From: Eledone cirrhosa
Lineage: Eukaryota
Direction of reading: 5' to 3'
Assembly: GCA_964016885.1 (NCBI GenBank)
Contig: OZ024744.1
Coordinates: forward strand, 55,242,001-55,306,000
Length of the DNA stretch: 64,000 nt
Part shown: positions 24,560 to 36,400 of the stretch, one piece after another
Layout: every line of letters begins with the position of its first letter
How positions within the stretch are numbered: position 1 is the stretch's first letter
Made by a program: the position numbers and the translations under genes
The notes under the pieces: model-generated
Database searches by the model: none
What the model was told of the DNA's origin: nothing
The model's input: only the letters and a program-made list of their open reading frames with translations

Positions 24560-27304
24560 CAGGTGAAGTTTTAGCGAATTTCGGGAAGCATGAGGGTTTT
24601 AAAGGATGCAGTGTCTCGGCAGCTAACAACTGACGCAGGCAGTTTGTTCCATGCTTCAGCAACTCTGATCGTGAAAAAATGTTTACGAAAGTCATGGGAG
24701 CTGTGCTGTTTTCTGACTTTTTAGGCATGTCCACGTGTGTTAGACATGGAGATCAAAAAGGTGCTCAGGGTTGTTGTTGGCGAGATGGTTAATAACTTTG
24801 TGGATGTTTACCAAATCCATTGCCAGACGTCGGAGCTTCAATGAATCCATGCCCAGAGAAGCAAGGCGTTCAGAGTATGGTAGGTGTCTGATGGAGGGTA
24901 TGCGCTTGGTTGCACGTCTCTGAACAGTTTCCAGGCGGTCAATGTTCTGAGCAAGATAGGGGTTCCAGACTGATGATGCGAATTCCAAGTGTGGTTGTAC
25001 CATAGCTGTATACAGTTTTAAATAGATGGCTGGAGAGCGGCTAACAAAAGTCTTGCTGAGTGATGCCAAGACACCCTCGGCCTTCTTGACAATCTTAGAG
25101 ACATGCTTTGTCCAACGCAAATCGCTGCTGACAGTAATGCCCAGGTCACGTTCACAAGAGGACTTCTTGATATCAGTGTTGTGGAGGGAGTATGTGGACG
25201 TTGGATTTTTCCTCCCAAAATGCATGGTGGTACACTTGTCCACAGCCAGCTTCAGTTGCCAGTCTGTGATCCATTGCTGCATTGTGTCCAGGTCTGATTG
25301 TAGGAAAGAGTTGTAGATTTCAGGATCAATCCTTTTGATTTCAAAGTACAGCTTGACGTCGTCTACATATTTCAGTACCATGGTATTCTTTAAGTTGGCA
25401 TCTATGTCATTAATATATGCCACAAACAAAAGGGGACCAAGAACAGATCCCTGTGGTACACCAGATGACATCTCATATGGTGAAGAATGCTGTCCTAGAA
25501 CTGTGACTACCTCTTTTCGGCTGAGAATGAAGGATTTCAACCAGTTAAAAAGATCATCCCTCACCCATTGCAGAGAGTTTCGCCATAAGTCTTTTGTGTA
25601 ACAGGCCTTACCGAAGTCAAGGTAAACAACCATGAGCCGCTGTCAGTGATCCGAGTGAGGTCTTCAAGAAACTCGATAAGCTGATCACAGCAGCTGGAGT
25701 TGGGGATAAATCCAAACTGCGAGGGCCGGATGAGGCTGTGAGAGCTCCAGAAGTTCCAAAGTGTTTCCCTGACAGGATTCCATCAGTTTGGCCATACAGC
25801 TAGTAAGACTGACTGGACGATAGTTGACAGGTGATATGCAGTTGCCCTTTTTGAACAAGGGAATGAGACTGGTAGTTTTCCACTGCTCCGGAGTAGCACC
25901 ATTGTGGAGACAGTATTGAAAGAAAGAAAGCTGGTGCAAAAGGAAATACCCGCCACGTTTGAGAAGCAGGTATGTAACACCATCAAGACCAGGGGAGGCA
26001 TAGTTGCGCTTATTCTTAAGGTGACGTCGCAACATTGCAGGTGTAAATTCCATAGTTGTTATGGAATTTGATGTTAGAGATGGTACATTCTGATTTTCAA
26101 CAGTAAAAATACCTGCATAGCACTCAGCAATAAGTTCTGCGCATTATTTGGGATCGTCAGTGATCTGGCTTGTGTGGGGATTGCAAAGAGGACCAACTGG
26201 AGAGTGAGGTCTCTGCTTTGAATGAACATATTTCCAGAACACCTTACTGTCAAGATTGGTTACTATGCACTGTTCAAATTCAAGCACTGCCTTCTTTGTC
26301 ACTTGCTCGAGATGGTTAGAAGATTTATTCCGCTTTTTTCTGTTGGCATCTGATTTATGCAGTTTATATTCCCGTTCAGCGTTCCGACGTTCTTTCCTGG
26401 CAAGTCGGACCGCTGAAGTTTCCCAAATTGCACTTTTGGGGTGGTTTTTTTTCTGCTTACGTTGCACCGATGCTGCACACGCTATCCATATTGAGTCCAG
26501 GATGCTCTGGAGTATAGTGTTCACATCTCATGCCAGTTTGGGCGCTGTAGCTCAGTGCAGTACAAGTTCCAATCTGCTTTCTTCCAATCAAAGCAAGCAG
26601 ATTGGAGATGGCTCTGGTTTTTGTTGCTGCCCACAAGAGCCAGATTGGCAATGATCATTGCATGATCAGAGTCGCCTAGAGGTTCCTCAGTAGTACAACT
26701 GATAACCACTTCAGGAGTAGTGGTGAAGATCAGGTCCAAAGTGTTGTCACCTCTTGTTGGAGAGGTGACTACTTGTGACCAATTTGAGTCCAGCACTAGT
26801 TCAAGGAAATCGTTTGCACTTTGTGGCCAACAAAAGGTTTCCCAATCGATCTCAGGATGATTGAAGTCACCTGCAATAAACACATAAGTGGCTGTTTTCC
26901 TGGCAGCAACTCTGAGGATATTGCAAAGCTGTGTGTCCTGATGGTAGTTTGGGGGGCGATAAACAACACCAAGCAGAAGTGTTGACATGGTCACAAAAAA
27001 AAACTTCTTGTGATTCGTTCAAATCAACTCAAGGAATTACCGAAAAGTTTGAACGAACATAGACCATCACACCACCACCACGGCGATTAATGCAGTCCTT
27101 ACGGAAAAGGTTGTACCCAGTAATGCTGAAAACCCCACCACAGAGTAAGGAATGTGCCCATGTTTCCCTGACTGTGATGAAGTCAGGGTCGATGCTTCTG
27201 ACGTAGGAGTCAAACAGATGTATCTTGTTGCATAAACTGCGAGCATTTAAGGGCAACAATTTGTACCCTGCTTGCAGTTTATGATGGTGTGTAGAGGGTG
27301 GCAT
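24560..27304 (-). pseudogene. CR1 ORF2 (APE-RT) broken into at least 5 frames
   Basis: ORF track pieces 27029-27304, 26521-26994, 26144-26524, 25685-26053, 24740-25633 are colinear domains. Confidence 0.9.
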
Positions 27305-27315
27305 GGTGTTCTGGT

Positions 27316-27996
27316 TTAGTTTCCCAGAGTTGTTGCAGTTTTTACATTGTCAGTTATTGTGGGTAGAGCACACTCAGACCAGCTGGTATCTCTCTTCCAC
27401 GTTTCACCAGCCTTAACAAACCTCCAGATCTGCCCACCTGAGTTCCGATTCAAGGAAGCTGCAGCACGTAGATTTGGACGTACATGGTAGGCCTGGGCGT
27501 GTTCGAAAGGTAATCCGATTTTCACGCCCAGATGGCATGAGATTGCCTCATCGGGGTCCGAAAAAGACAGCCTGATGAGTCTGGGTTTTGGACCAGGTCG
27601 ACCAAGGTGGAGAGCACCCTTTGGGGGAACACAGCCTAGGTCTTTGGCTGAGCTGGCAGCAAATGCCTGAAGATCAGCCTTGTCCTCTGGCACCCCAATG
27701 GCAATTACTTCATGGGTAGCAGATTCCGCAGTCTTCTCAGTGTGCCCAGATACGGCAAGAGGTACAGGGAGATTCTTTAGCAAAGCAATCCGATAAGACC
27801 CCTCATTGTGGGGTCCTACTCGAATGCTTGCCTTTATTCCTGTTACTTCCCTTCTTAAAGCAGAAATCATTAGTTGCAATTCTGCAAAATCTGTACTGGT
27901 CGGTTGTTGTTGCTGCTGTTGTTGATGTTGCTGTTGTTGATGCTGCTGCTGCTGTTGTTGTTGATGTTCTTCCACGGGAATGGTAGGGGAAGACAT
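27316..27996 (-). CDS. Open ORF1 of the CR1-group LINE (226 aa; polyQ, coiled-coil-like stretch, RRM-like VIAIGVPE...RLIRLSF)
   Basis: Uninterrupted frame ending 11 nt before the ORF2 ATG (27304); the start codon sits at the junction with RTE sequence and is uncertain. Confidence 0.6.
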   Translation of the reverse strand: MSSPTIPVEEHQQQQQQQHQQQQHQQQQQQQPTSTDFAELQLMISALRREVTGIKASIRVGPHNEGSYRIALLKNLPVPLAVSGHTEKTAESATHEVIAIGVPEDKADLQAFAASSAKDLGCVPPKGALHLGRPGPKPRLIRLSFSDPDEAISCHLGVKIGLPFEHAQAYHVRPNLRAAASLNRNSGGQIWRFVKAGETWKRDTSWSECALPTITDNVKTATTLGN

Positions 27997-27997
27997 G

Positions 27998-28370
27998 GCA
28001 GAGGATATGTGAAGGCTGAATAGAAATAAAGAGACCATGCTTCGATAGATGTGCAATATCAATGTGTGTGAATGACAAAGCATGGATGAACTGAGAGCGA
28101 AATTGAGTACAAGAGGAATCAGATGTATGCAGGAGAGAAGACTGTGTTGGTGTGGATATGTGATGCACGTGAATGATGATCACTGGGTGAAGAAGTACCA
28201 AGAAATCACAGTGGAAGTAGAAGTAGACCTTAGGCAAAGGTTGTGAGAGCTGATCTCAAATTGCTGACACTCATGGTAGAGATGACAAATGATAAGGACG
28301 AGTGGAGAGATGCAGTGCTGAAAAGGACCCGTCCAACGAATGCATACATGGAAAAGTAGATGTAAAATGA
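27998..28370 (+). mobile_element. RTE family B-like 3' part
   Basis: GCAGAGGATATG... through terminus GGACCCGTCCAACGAATGCATACATGGAAAAGTAGATGTAAAATGAT. Confidence 0.8.
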
Positions 28371-28427
28371 TATTTCACATACACACAATCTTCACTGCAA
28401 TTTCATCATTATCAACCTATTTACATT

Positions 28428-28705
28428 AAATAATTGTTTCTACTTTAGGCACAAGGCCAGCAATTACCCAGTGCATTACTGGTACTTTATTTTATCGACC
28501 CCATAAGGATGAAAGGCAAAGTCAACCTCGGCAGGATTTGAACTCAGATCGTAAAGGGACGTAACTATGCTAGAAAGCATGGCGTCTGATTTGGGGACAA
28601 GGCCAACAATTTCAGGGGAGGGGAAAGTCAATTAAATCGACTCCAGTGCATTACCAGGACTTTATTTCATCTACCCTGTAAGGATGAAAGGCAAAGCTAA
28701 CCTAT
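28428..28705 (-). mobile_element. Two adjacent tRNA-derived SINE copies
   Basis: 28428-28588 is nearly the reverse complement of 40890-41055; 28590-28705 is an older related copy. Confidence 0.82.
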
Positions 28706-28807
28706 TTACATGAAATAATATTGATCAACACCGGGCCAACTGATTACCGAAGACAATTGTGTCAGATTTTTCTTTAGGAATATGTTAAGAGAGTTAAGAA
28801 ATTTTAC

Positions 28808-28893
28808 CTTTATGAGATTAGGATGTGCCTCTGTCTCTCCAGTCAACAGATTGACAGTTTCATGGAACTTTCTTTTCTTGTATTTATTTAATT
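28808..28893 (-). CDS. CLPTM1: CLPTM1 coding exon 5 (KLNKYKKRKFHETVNLLTGETEAHPNLIK)
   Basis: Acceptor TTTCAG, donor GTAAAA, 86 nt phase 1/0; conserved NKYK.R.F..T.NLLTGETEA. Confidence 0.96.
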
Positions 28894-28992
28894 CTGAAAA
28901 GAAAAGAAAGCAAACAAATAAAACAAACAGCTGTGTTTAATGAAACATAACATCCCGCAATAATTTAGCAGGAAAATATCTACACATACAGC

Positions 28993-30296
28993 CCTGCAGC
29001 AATAACGGAGGAGTTTAAGACCGGATGCCCATGGGAACTCCTGTATACAGATGACCTCGCACTTATAGCTGAATCTACGGTAGAACTAGAGAAGAAATTC
29101 CAAACTTGGAAGCAGGGACTAGAAAGAAAGGGTCTCAAAGTCAACATGACAAAGACTAAGGTCCTTGTAAGTAGACGAGAAAACAGAACCCAGATCCCCT
29201 CAAGGAAATGGCCTTGCTCAGTATGTAGGAAAGGTGTAGGTAGGAACTCCATTCTCTGCCCCAAATGCAAACAATGGGTACACAAGAGATGTAGCGGGAT
29301 CTCAGGAAGCTTAATTAAGAATGTAGGCTTCACATGCAGCAGCTGTACTGGGACAGCAAGCAGCAAACAGCCACAGGAAACAAGTACCACCAATCTCTGG
29401 GAGGGCTCTGTAGAAACAGTAGACAGCTTCTGCTACCTAGGTGACCGAATTAGCAGCGGAGGTGGGTGTTCAGAAAGTACAATAACTAAAGTAAGAACTG
29501 GATAGAAGAAGTTCAGGCAACTACTACCACTGCTAGCTGCAAAAGGCTTCTCCCTCAAAATGAAAGGCAGACTGTATGATGCGTGTATCAGAACAGCAAT
29601 GTTACATGGTAGCGAGACCTGGGCGCTGAAGGTGGAAGACTTACATAGATTAGAGAGAAACGAAGCCTGCATGCTCCGATGGATGTGTAATAGTAATATA
29701 CGCGAACGACAAAGCATAAATGAATTGAGACAGAGACTGAGCATAAGAGGAATCAAATGCTGTGTGCAGAAGAGGCGGTTGCGCTGGTATGTGATGCATA
29801 TGAAGGATGACAGCTGCATAAAAAGGTGCAGAGCACTAGAAGTCAATGGAAACCACGGAATGGGGAGACCCAAGATGACCTGGGATGAGGTGATAAAAGC
29901 CGACCTTACCCAATTACACCTTTCAAAGGCGATGACACACGACCATGACCTCTGGCGTCACGCAGTAATACAGAGTACTCGACCGCCCATGGGTACAAGC
30001 TGAAGCATATAGACAATATGCTCCCACTGCAAGGTGGTCGTGGAGGTGCCACGGCAAAAAAGCACCCAGCCCACACTGTAAAGTGGACGTGTAGGCGCCA
30101 CGAAAAAGCACCCAGCACTCACTGTAAATGAGGTTGGTGTTAGGAAGGGCATCCAGCTGTAGAAATCAAGCCAAATCAGTTCCTATATGCGCAAGGCATG
30201 GTCAGCCGACCAGACACTGCCCGCAACAGGACAACCCGTCTAATCCATGCTAGCGTGGAAGAACGAACGTAAAACGGTGATGATGATGATAATGAT
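28993..30296 (+). mobile_element. 5'-truncated, well-preserved RTE LINE (family A)
   Basis: GCPWELLYTDDL, WPCSVCRKGVGRNSILCPKCKQWVHKRCSG, DSFCYLGD, GRLYDACIRTAMLHGSETW, two 3' UTR units, (GAT)n tail; one in-frame stop at 29503. Confidence 0.93.
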
Positions 30297-30907
30297 ACAG
30301 ATCAAAGAACACACAACTTCCTCTGTCAAAAAACTTAGAACAATGCCACATCTGTGATATGGAGGTTACCATAGAAGCATTCTTTCCAATGCGTAACAAT
30401 TCTGGCAATCTACCACTCTTGAACATGTTAATTATTGACCCTGAGAAAATGGAAGGTAAAGTTGACTATGACAGGATTTTAACTCAGAGCGCAGTGAGCT
30501 GGAAAAATTATAGAGACATTAAATTTGATGTTCTAATAATTCTGCTAATTCAAATAACATACAACATTGCTGTTTTTTTTCTTCCTTTTATTTCATCTAT
30601 TAAAGTATTCTAGCAGTCTAGTGTTAGCTGGATAGTTTGTTCAACCCTTTTGATGCCAAACCATCTTAGATTAATAATACACACACTGATGTTATTCTAC
30701 GTTGCAAGCTTACTCGCTTTAAACTGTTTATTCTAGTCCCCCTGTTGGGATTTTATTAATTGTTCTACTAACTGTACCTAAACATGCATTCAGTACTACC
30801 CTGATATGTGGTTTTCCTAGTTTCTGTATTGTGAGCACTTCATATATATGACAAGCAAGTTTGTTTTGAAACAGCGAGCGAGTTTGAAATAGAAGCTTTC
30901 GCTGTAT

Positions 30908-30932
<25 letters not shown>

Positions 30933-30941
<9 letters not shown>

Positions 30942-31161
30942 AAAGAAATTTTAGCCCGACAGTGTGGTTTAGATCCCTCTAAGAAATGGAAAAAGATGAG
31001 TATTGACGTACATGGGAGTCGAACCCACATCTTTGTGTTGGTAACCAAAGTGGTCTAGATAACCAAAGATGTGGGTTCAACTCCCATGTACGTCAATACT
31101 CATCTTTTTCCATTTCTTAGAGGGTTCTAAGCTACCAGGCTAAAATTTCGTTAGTAAAAAA
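30933..31161. repeat. Foldback (long inverted repeat)
   Basis: 30975-31035 and 31064-31124 are reverse complements over 61 bp with one mismatch; outer arms 30933-30956 / 31138-31161. Confidence 0.93.
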
Positions 31162-31196
31162 ATATGGTGAAAGCATCTTTTTCTTTTATATATATA

Positions 31197-31568
31197 TCAT
31201 CATCATCACCGTTTTACGTCCGTTCTTCCACGCTAGCATGGGTTAGATGGGTTGTTCTGTTGTGGGCAGTGTCTGGTCGGCTGACCTTGTCTTGCTCATA
31301 CAAGAACTGATTCTGGCTTGGTTTCTACAGCTGGATGCCCTTCCTAACACCAACCTCATTTACAGCGAGTGCTGGGTGCTCTTTTTCCGTGGCGCCTACA
31401 CGTCCCCTTTACAGTGAGAGCTGGGTGTTTTTTTGCCGTGGCACCTCCACGACCACTTTGCTGTGGAATGATAGGGACCCCAGTCCTATCATCTCATTTC
31501 TACAGCTGAGTAAACTGGAGCAATGTGAAATAAAATGTCTTGCTCAAGGAACAACACATCACCCAGTC
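31197..31568 (-). mobile_element. 5'-truncated CORE-like SINE with complete RTE family A tail
   Basis: CORE-like block as in 12644-12974, two 48-bp-type units, full family A terminus. Confidence 0.85.
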
Positions 31569-32937
31569 ATATATATATAAATAAATAAATAGATAGAAAT
31601 GATCATCAGACATCATGACAGACTAGTGGTTGCAAATACAAAGTTAGTCACTAGTGACGAATGTACCACCCAACATAAACTTTAGGGTTAGAGCCAAATG
31701 AATTGAAGGAAAAAGACATGGAAACCAAAAGAGCCCTGAACTAGGGATAACTTCAGAGAAGACATGCTTGACAATTATTACATTCTAGTAAAAAGCTGAA
31801 AGATGTAATGACATTTAAGCTGCTCCTTTCCATCACTCCTCCTCACTTACTTGATACCCCTCTCCACCTATTCTGATTGCTGATTCCTCCTCAGCATGGA
31901 AAAATGGACATACCAGTGTACTGCCAGACATTCCCTGCAAGACTCGCATCTCGGAATTTGCAGCATGGAAAATTGGGTGCACCCTACAGTATACTGCCAG
32001 ACAGCACTCACTCCCTATAAGTCTATTCCTCCCTTCCACCCTCAACAAGCAGAATGTAGCCCCCACCCACTCACTAATACTGCTGCCTTCACAACCTGGC
32101 CAAGGACATAAGTACCTTTGTGTTGTAAAACAATAGTGCTGGTAGCAGAATAAAATATACCCAGCCCACTCTGTAGAGTGGCAATGCTGGTGTTATGATA
32201 AAAAGCACCCAGCTGACATGATAAAATGCATCTGGTACATGCCAAGAAATGGTTGACTTTAGGAAGAAGATTCAGCCATAGAAACCATGCCATAATGGAA
32301 TGTATGAGCGAGACAGTTACCTGACCTGTCTGGCCACAGAACATGACAATCCATCTGACCCACACAAGCATGGAAAATAGGCATAAAACAGTGATGATAA
32401 TGACAATGTGCATATATATATAGGTTCGATCTCTGGATTGGGTAGTGCATTATGTTACTGAGCAAGACACTTCATTTTACATTGCTTTCCCAGGAAAGAT
32501 TGGGGCTCTTATTAAAATACTCAAGAAATCTATAAGGCCAGCTAAACCCATATAGGGGTGAGCTATAAATTTAATTTCTTTCATTACAAGACTGACTAGG
32601 CATATAATTATGTGGATGGTCAAATGTTAAAAATGATAAAGAAAATAATGGAACATTTCACACTTGAAAGTTGATATGACAGAGTTTAACTCTGTAATGA
32701 TTTAGCAGAAAATATTTAAAAAGGAGTTTGTCAATTCAAATGTTTATATAATCTTTAGTTGTGGACAGATTGTTGCGAAAATTTGCATTATTGGAATAAA
32801 GATTTCAATTTTTAATGTAATGCTGTCAAATGTCTTGTTAATGTGGTACAGGATGTTAAAAAGTTAATGGACTAAAATCAAATATAATTAGGCAAAAAGG
32901 TTTCACATTAAAAAAAAATTTGAAATTACAGACTTAC

Positions 32938-33049
32938 TTCTTGAAGAATAGGCACGCACACTTCGTGCATACTCATCTTTAGAGTTTGGAGGGTAACCAG
33001 ATTTCGTAAAGTACACATGTATATATATGGAGCCATTGTTTAATACTGC
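32938..33049 (-). CDS. CLPTM1: CLPTM1 coding exon 4 (AVLNNGSIYIHVYFTKSGYPPNSKDEYARSVRAYSSR)
   Basis: Acceptor TCTCAG, donor GTAAGT, 112 nt phase 0/1; hallmark NGSIYIHVYFTKSG. Not in the ORF track. Confidence 0.96.
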
Positions 33050-34224
33050 CTGAGAGAGATATATATAAAGAACAAAAAGAAGAAAAAAATAAACATTATG
33101 CTGATAATGTAGAGTCTTATGAATTGTACAGCAGGATATATATAATGTACATTTGGGGAAGGAGACTAGTAAAATATGGACAGAGAAGTGGACGAATATA
33201 TCTTATTTAACCCTAGATCAGTGTTGTACTGACGGAAGATACTTGTAGAAGAGACAGTGTGAGGAAAAGACAAAACATCGATACAAGTGACAATTTGTCT
33301 AACTACAGACAATCCCATGTTATTTTGACATAATGTAACTAAGATTACATTATTCTGTGTGTCCTTCTTCCTTGTTGTTTAGCCCAAGGTAGTCTAGTCA
33401 TATGATCAGAGACATCCAATATTTTATTCTAACATAATTGTTTAGCTCAAGGTCAATCGGCTTATTTAATAATAGTCTTGGACTATATTATCTTTACTTT
33501 AAGAGGTTAAGGTGTGATTCGAGAGAGATTTAGCTGCTATTTCAAGCAAGTTGAGTGACTATGCAAAGACTATTTTTGTCAATATGACAAAGAATTTATA
33601 TCCAAACCTAATATTAAATTTTCTAAGTCTATTTCTGAATATTTATATATATATATATATTGGGGAAGGAGACTAGGTAAGCAATCAAACTTCTCAAAGC
33701 AGACGACGAGGGATCGAGTTCTCTGGTGATTTGTCATACTGTAGAAGACTTGCCTTCCTTCACATACAGGATGAAACAAAGACGAAGAGGACATTCTCAC
33801 CAATCTCCCTCATACACCTTACCAGATTTAATACTCACCCTAGACCTTGCTTAATTACACCTTCCATCTTCATTACATTTTGCACATTTAACAACTGCCA
33901 GCATGGAAAGACAACCTTCAAACCCCTTGTCCAACTGTTTCCAGTATGGATAGGCAGCCCCACTTCATCCATCTACCAGCTCAGTCTAACCCATAACAAC
34001 ATGAAGGGCCAGACATGCTCCACCATGTACAAGTGGTGGTGCTGGTGCCACGAAAAAAAAAACAAAAACGAAACCAGTTGACTCAGTAAGCTATAGAAAC
34101 CAAACCAAATATAGTACATGCGAGCAAAATGAAGTTTCTGACCAGTCTAGTCTCAGACTAACAACGCATCCAACCCATGCCCAGTATAGAGAGTAGACAC
34201 AAAGTGATGATGTTGATGACTCCC

Positions 34225-34516
34225 TCCACATGCAAGAAATATTTACAAAATCCGAACTGCATACTTTTAGGGCTCATGTCCTCATCATGATCCGAACTAG
34301 TTTGTTATCTACTTTCTGTCGAGACACTGCATTTTTTAAGGCCTCCATGCTTCTCGAGATTCGCCAACACTACACACATGTATATCATGACTCATACACG
34401 ATTCACTTCCCTGACATTTATGTATTATTCTATGTACTATACATGCACCTTTGACGAGTTGTAGTGCACCTGAGCACTTTATACAATAATTTCATTATTA
34501 TTATTATTATTATTAT
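34225..34516 (+). mobile_element. CR1 3' fragment (same family as 24397-27996)
   Basis: GTTGTAGTGCACCTGAGCACT...TTTCATTATTATTATT terminus shared with the large copy. Confidence 0.85.
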
Positions 34517-34601
34517 ATATAATATATCTATGGATGGGGAAAGTATATATATTAACATGGGGAAACAAAATAAAACAAGGAATGAAAACCATTTTACTAA
34601 C

Positions 34602-34760
34602 ATCTGGCAAAGATATTTCTCTTTGGCTGTCATAAGAACCATCATTGTAGACACCAGAAACCCAATCTCCATAAACCAAACGCTTTTGGACCCATAATTC
34701 TGATTCAGGATTATCAAAATCAGTGAATACTTCTTGTTCTGATATATACACGTACATATC
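34602..34760 (-). CDS. CLPTM1: CLPTM1 coding exon 3 (DMYVYISEQEVFTDFDNPESELWVQKRLVYGDWVSGVYNDGSYDSQREISLPD)
   Basis: Acceptor TTCCAG, donor GTTAGT, 159 nt phase 0/0; conserved VYISE..FTDF and LVYGDW.SG motifs. Confidence 0.95.
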
Positions 34761-35584
34761 CTGGAAAGAAACAATTAGAAAATTGCAGTGTAATTATTTT
34801 AAAACATAGCATTGAAATGGTGAAGGAGAAAAGAGAAAAAAATAGAAATTTACAAGGAAATGGTGGTTGAAGAGAAAAAGAGAAAAAAATAGAGATTTAC
34901 AAGGAAATGGTGGTTGAAGAGAAAAAGAGAATGGTTGAGGAGAGAAGGGAGAAAATGAATATTTAAAATTTGTATTAGTTTAGGGAAGGGCAGTGCCAAA
35001 AAATCCCATTCAGGCCTTCCGAAATTGGTAGGATGAAGGAAGGTATCTTCAAACCAGAGACCAGGTTCAAATTCTTGCACCAGAGTGGACACTGCCAAAG
35101 CCATGTATTAATCTTAGTTCATAGATCTAATCCATTATCTTGTTTAAGAAAAATCGCCCATTGGATCAACTTAGGGAAATTTTACCTGGAGTGGCACATC
35201 AGTTAGGAGGGTGGTAAATTATTAGAGACATCAAAACATCAAATAGAATTCATTGCAGTATTCATTCCTGCTCTCTGAGTTCAATTTTGCCTTTCACCCT
35301 TTCAAGGCCAATAAATAAAGCACCTGTTTAGTAATGAATTGGCTCCCCCTCCCCACACACCTAATATCTCAGCTTTTCTTTCCCTCATTTTTTCTTTGTA
35401 AGAAATTGACTGTATTCTAACCAGGACATTCTGCATGTCACAATGGCACCCTTATGATACCATCTGGAGTTAAGGGCTGATGGGGAGTAAGGATGAGGAT
35501 CCATTTACCATAAGAATTTACTCTAGCTTATATTAATTTGTAGCCCATATTTTTGATGGAATTTTTTAATTGATATTCCACTAT

Positions 35585-36400
35585 TCATCATCATTTAACG
35601 TCCGCTTTTCCCTGCTTGCAAGGGTGGGACAGGTCTTATTCAGCACAGTCTTTCGTCATCTCCACCGTGAGTTTCAGCGATCTGAGGTCTGTTCTCACCA
35701 CCTCCGCTCATGTTTGTCGTGGTCTACCTCTACCACGTCTTCCTTCAACTGGCATTTCCTGGCACTTCTTCACCCATCGGTCATCCTCCATGCGCATCAC
35801 ATGTCCATACCTCCTCAGTCTCCTCTCCCGCACACTACATTCTATCCCTTTCAGACACAGTTTCTCTCTCAACACATTCATGCTGGGTCGTTCACGCACA
35901 TTGACATTGCACATCCAACGGAGCATGCTTGCCTCATTTCTCTCCAGCCGTCGCATATCCTCTGCAGTTACTGCCCATGTCTCACTACCATGCAGCATCG
36001 CGCTCCTCACACAGGCATCATATAACTGGCCTTTCGTACGCAGGGAAAAACCCTTCTTCGTCAGCAGAGGAAGCAGTTCCCTAAACTTCTTCCAACTCAT
36101 CCTTATTCTAGATACTATGGGCTCGGACCCCCCCCCCCCTCCCATGCTAATTTGATCTCCTAGATACCAGAAGCTATCCACCACTTCTATAGCACCTGCC
36201 TGCATTTGAAAAAATGTGTCTATCAATGCGACTTCTACTGTCTAATTTCCCTGTACATCTACTGCATACGTATTTCTCCCTACCTGTTAGTTTGCCTGCT
36301 ATCCCACTACATCTTTGTGTACCCAGGATCTGCATCGTGTGCATTTTATAAAATTTATACCAGTTCCTTTTCTGCATATTGAACACGGCCATTTCCCTGA
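35585..36400 (-). mobile_element. RTE family B 3' portion, well preserved
   Basis: 172-aa frame with WKKFRELLPLL, LYDACVRSAMLHGSETWA, RRLRRYGHVMRMEDDRWVKKC, GRGRPRQT. Confidence 0.92.

Larger units (their letters stand above)
24397..27996 (-). mobile_element. Near full-length CR1-group LINE (ORF1 plus disrupted ORF2, (ATT)n tail)
   Basis: ORF2 APE motifs LNARSL, ETW, VYRPP, AGDFN, TRGDNTLDL, SDH; RT motifs NYRPVSLTS, YLDF.KA, GVPQGSVLGPLLF, YVDD, ERDLG, LETVQRRATK. Confidence 0.93.

Noticed and set aside
34825-34930. Short purine-rich tandem duplication near CLPTM1 exon 3 (also 29-bp at 52207-52265 and 18-bp at 38337-38375)
   Set aside because: Ordinary local slippage duplications with no sign of function.
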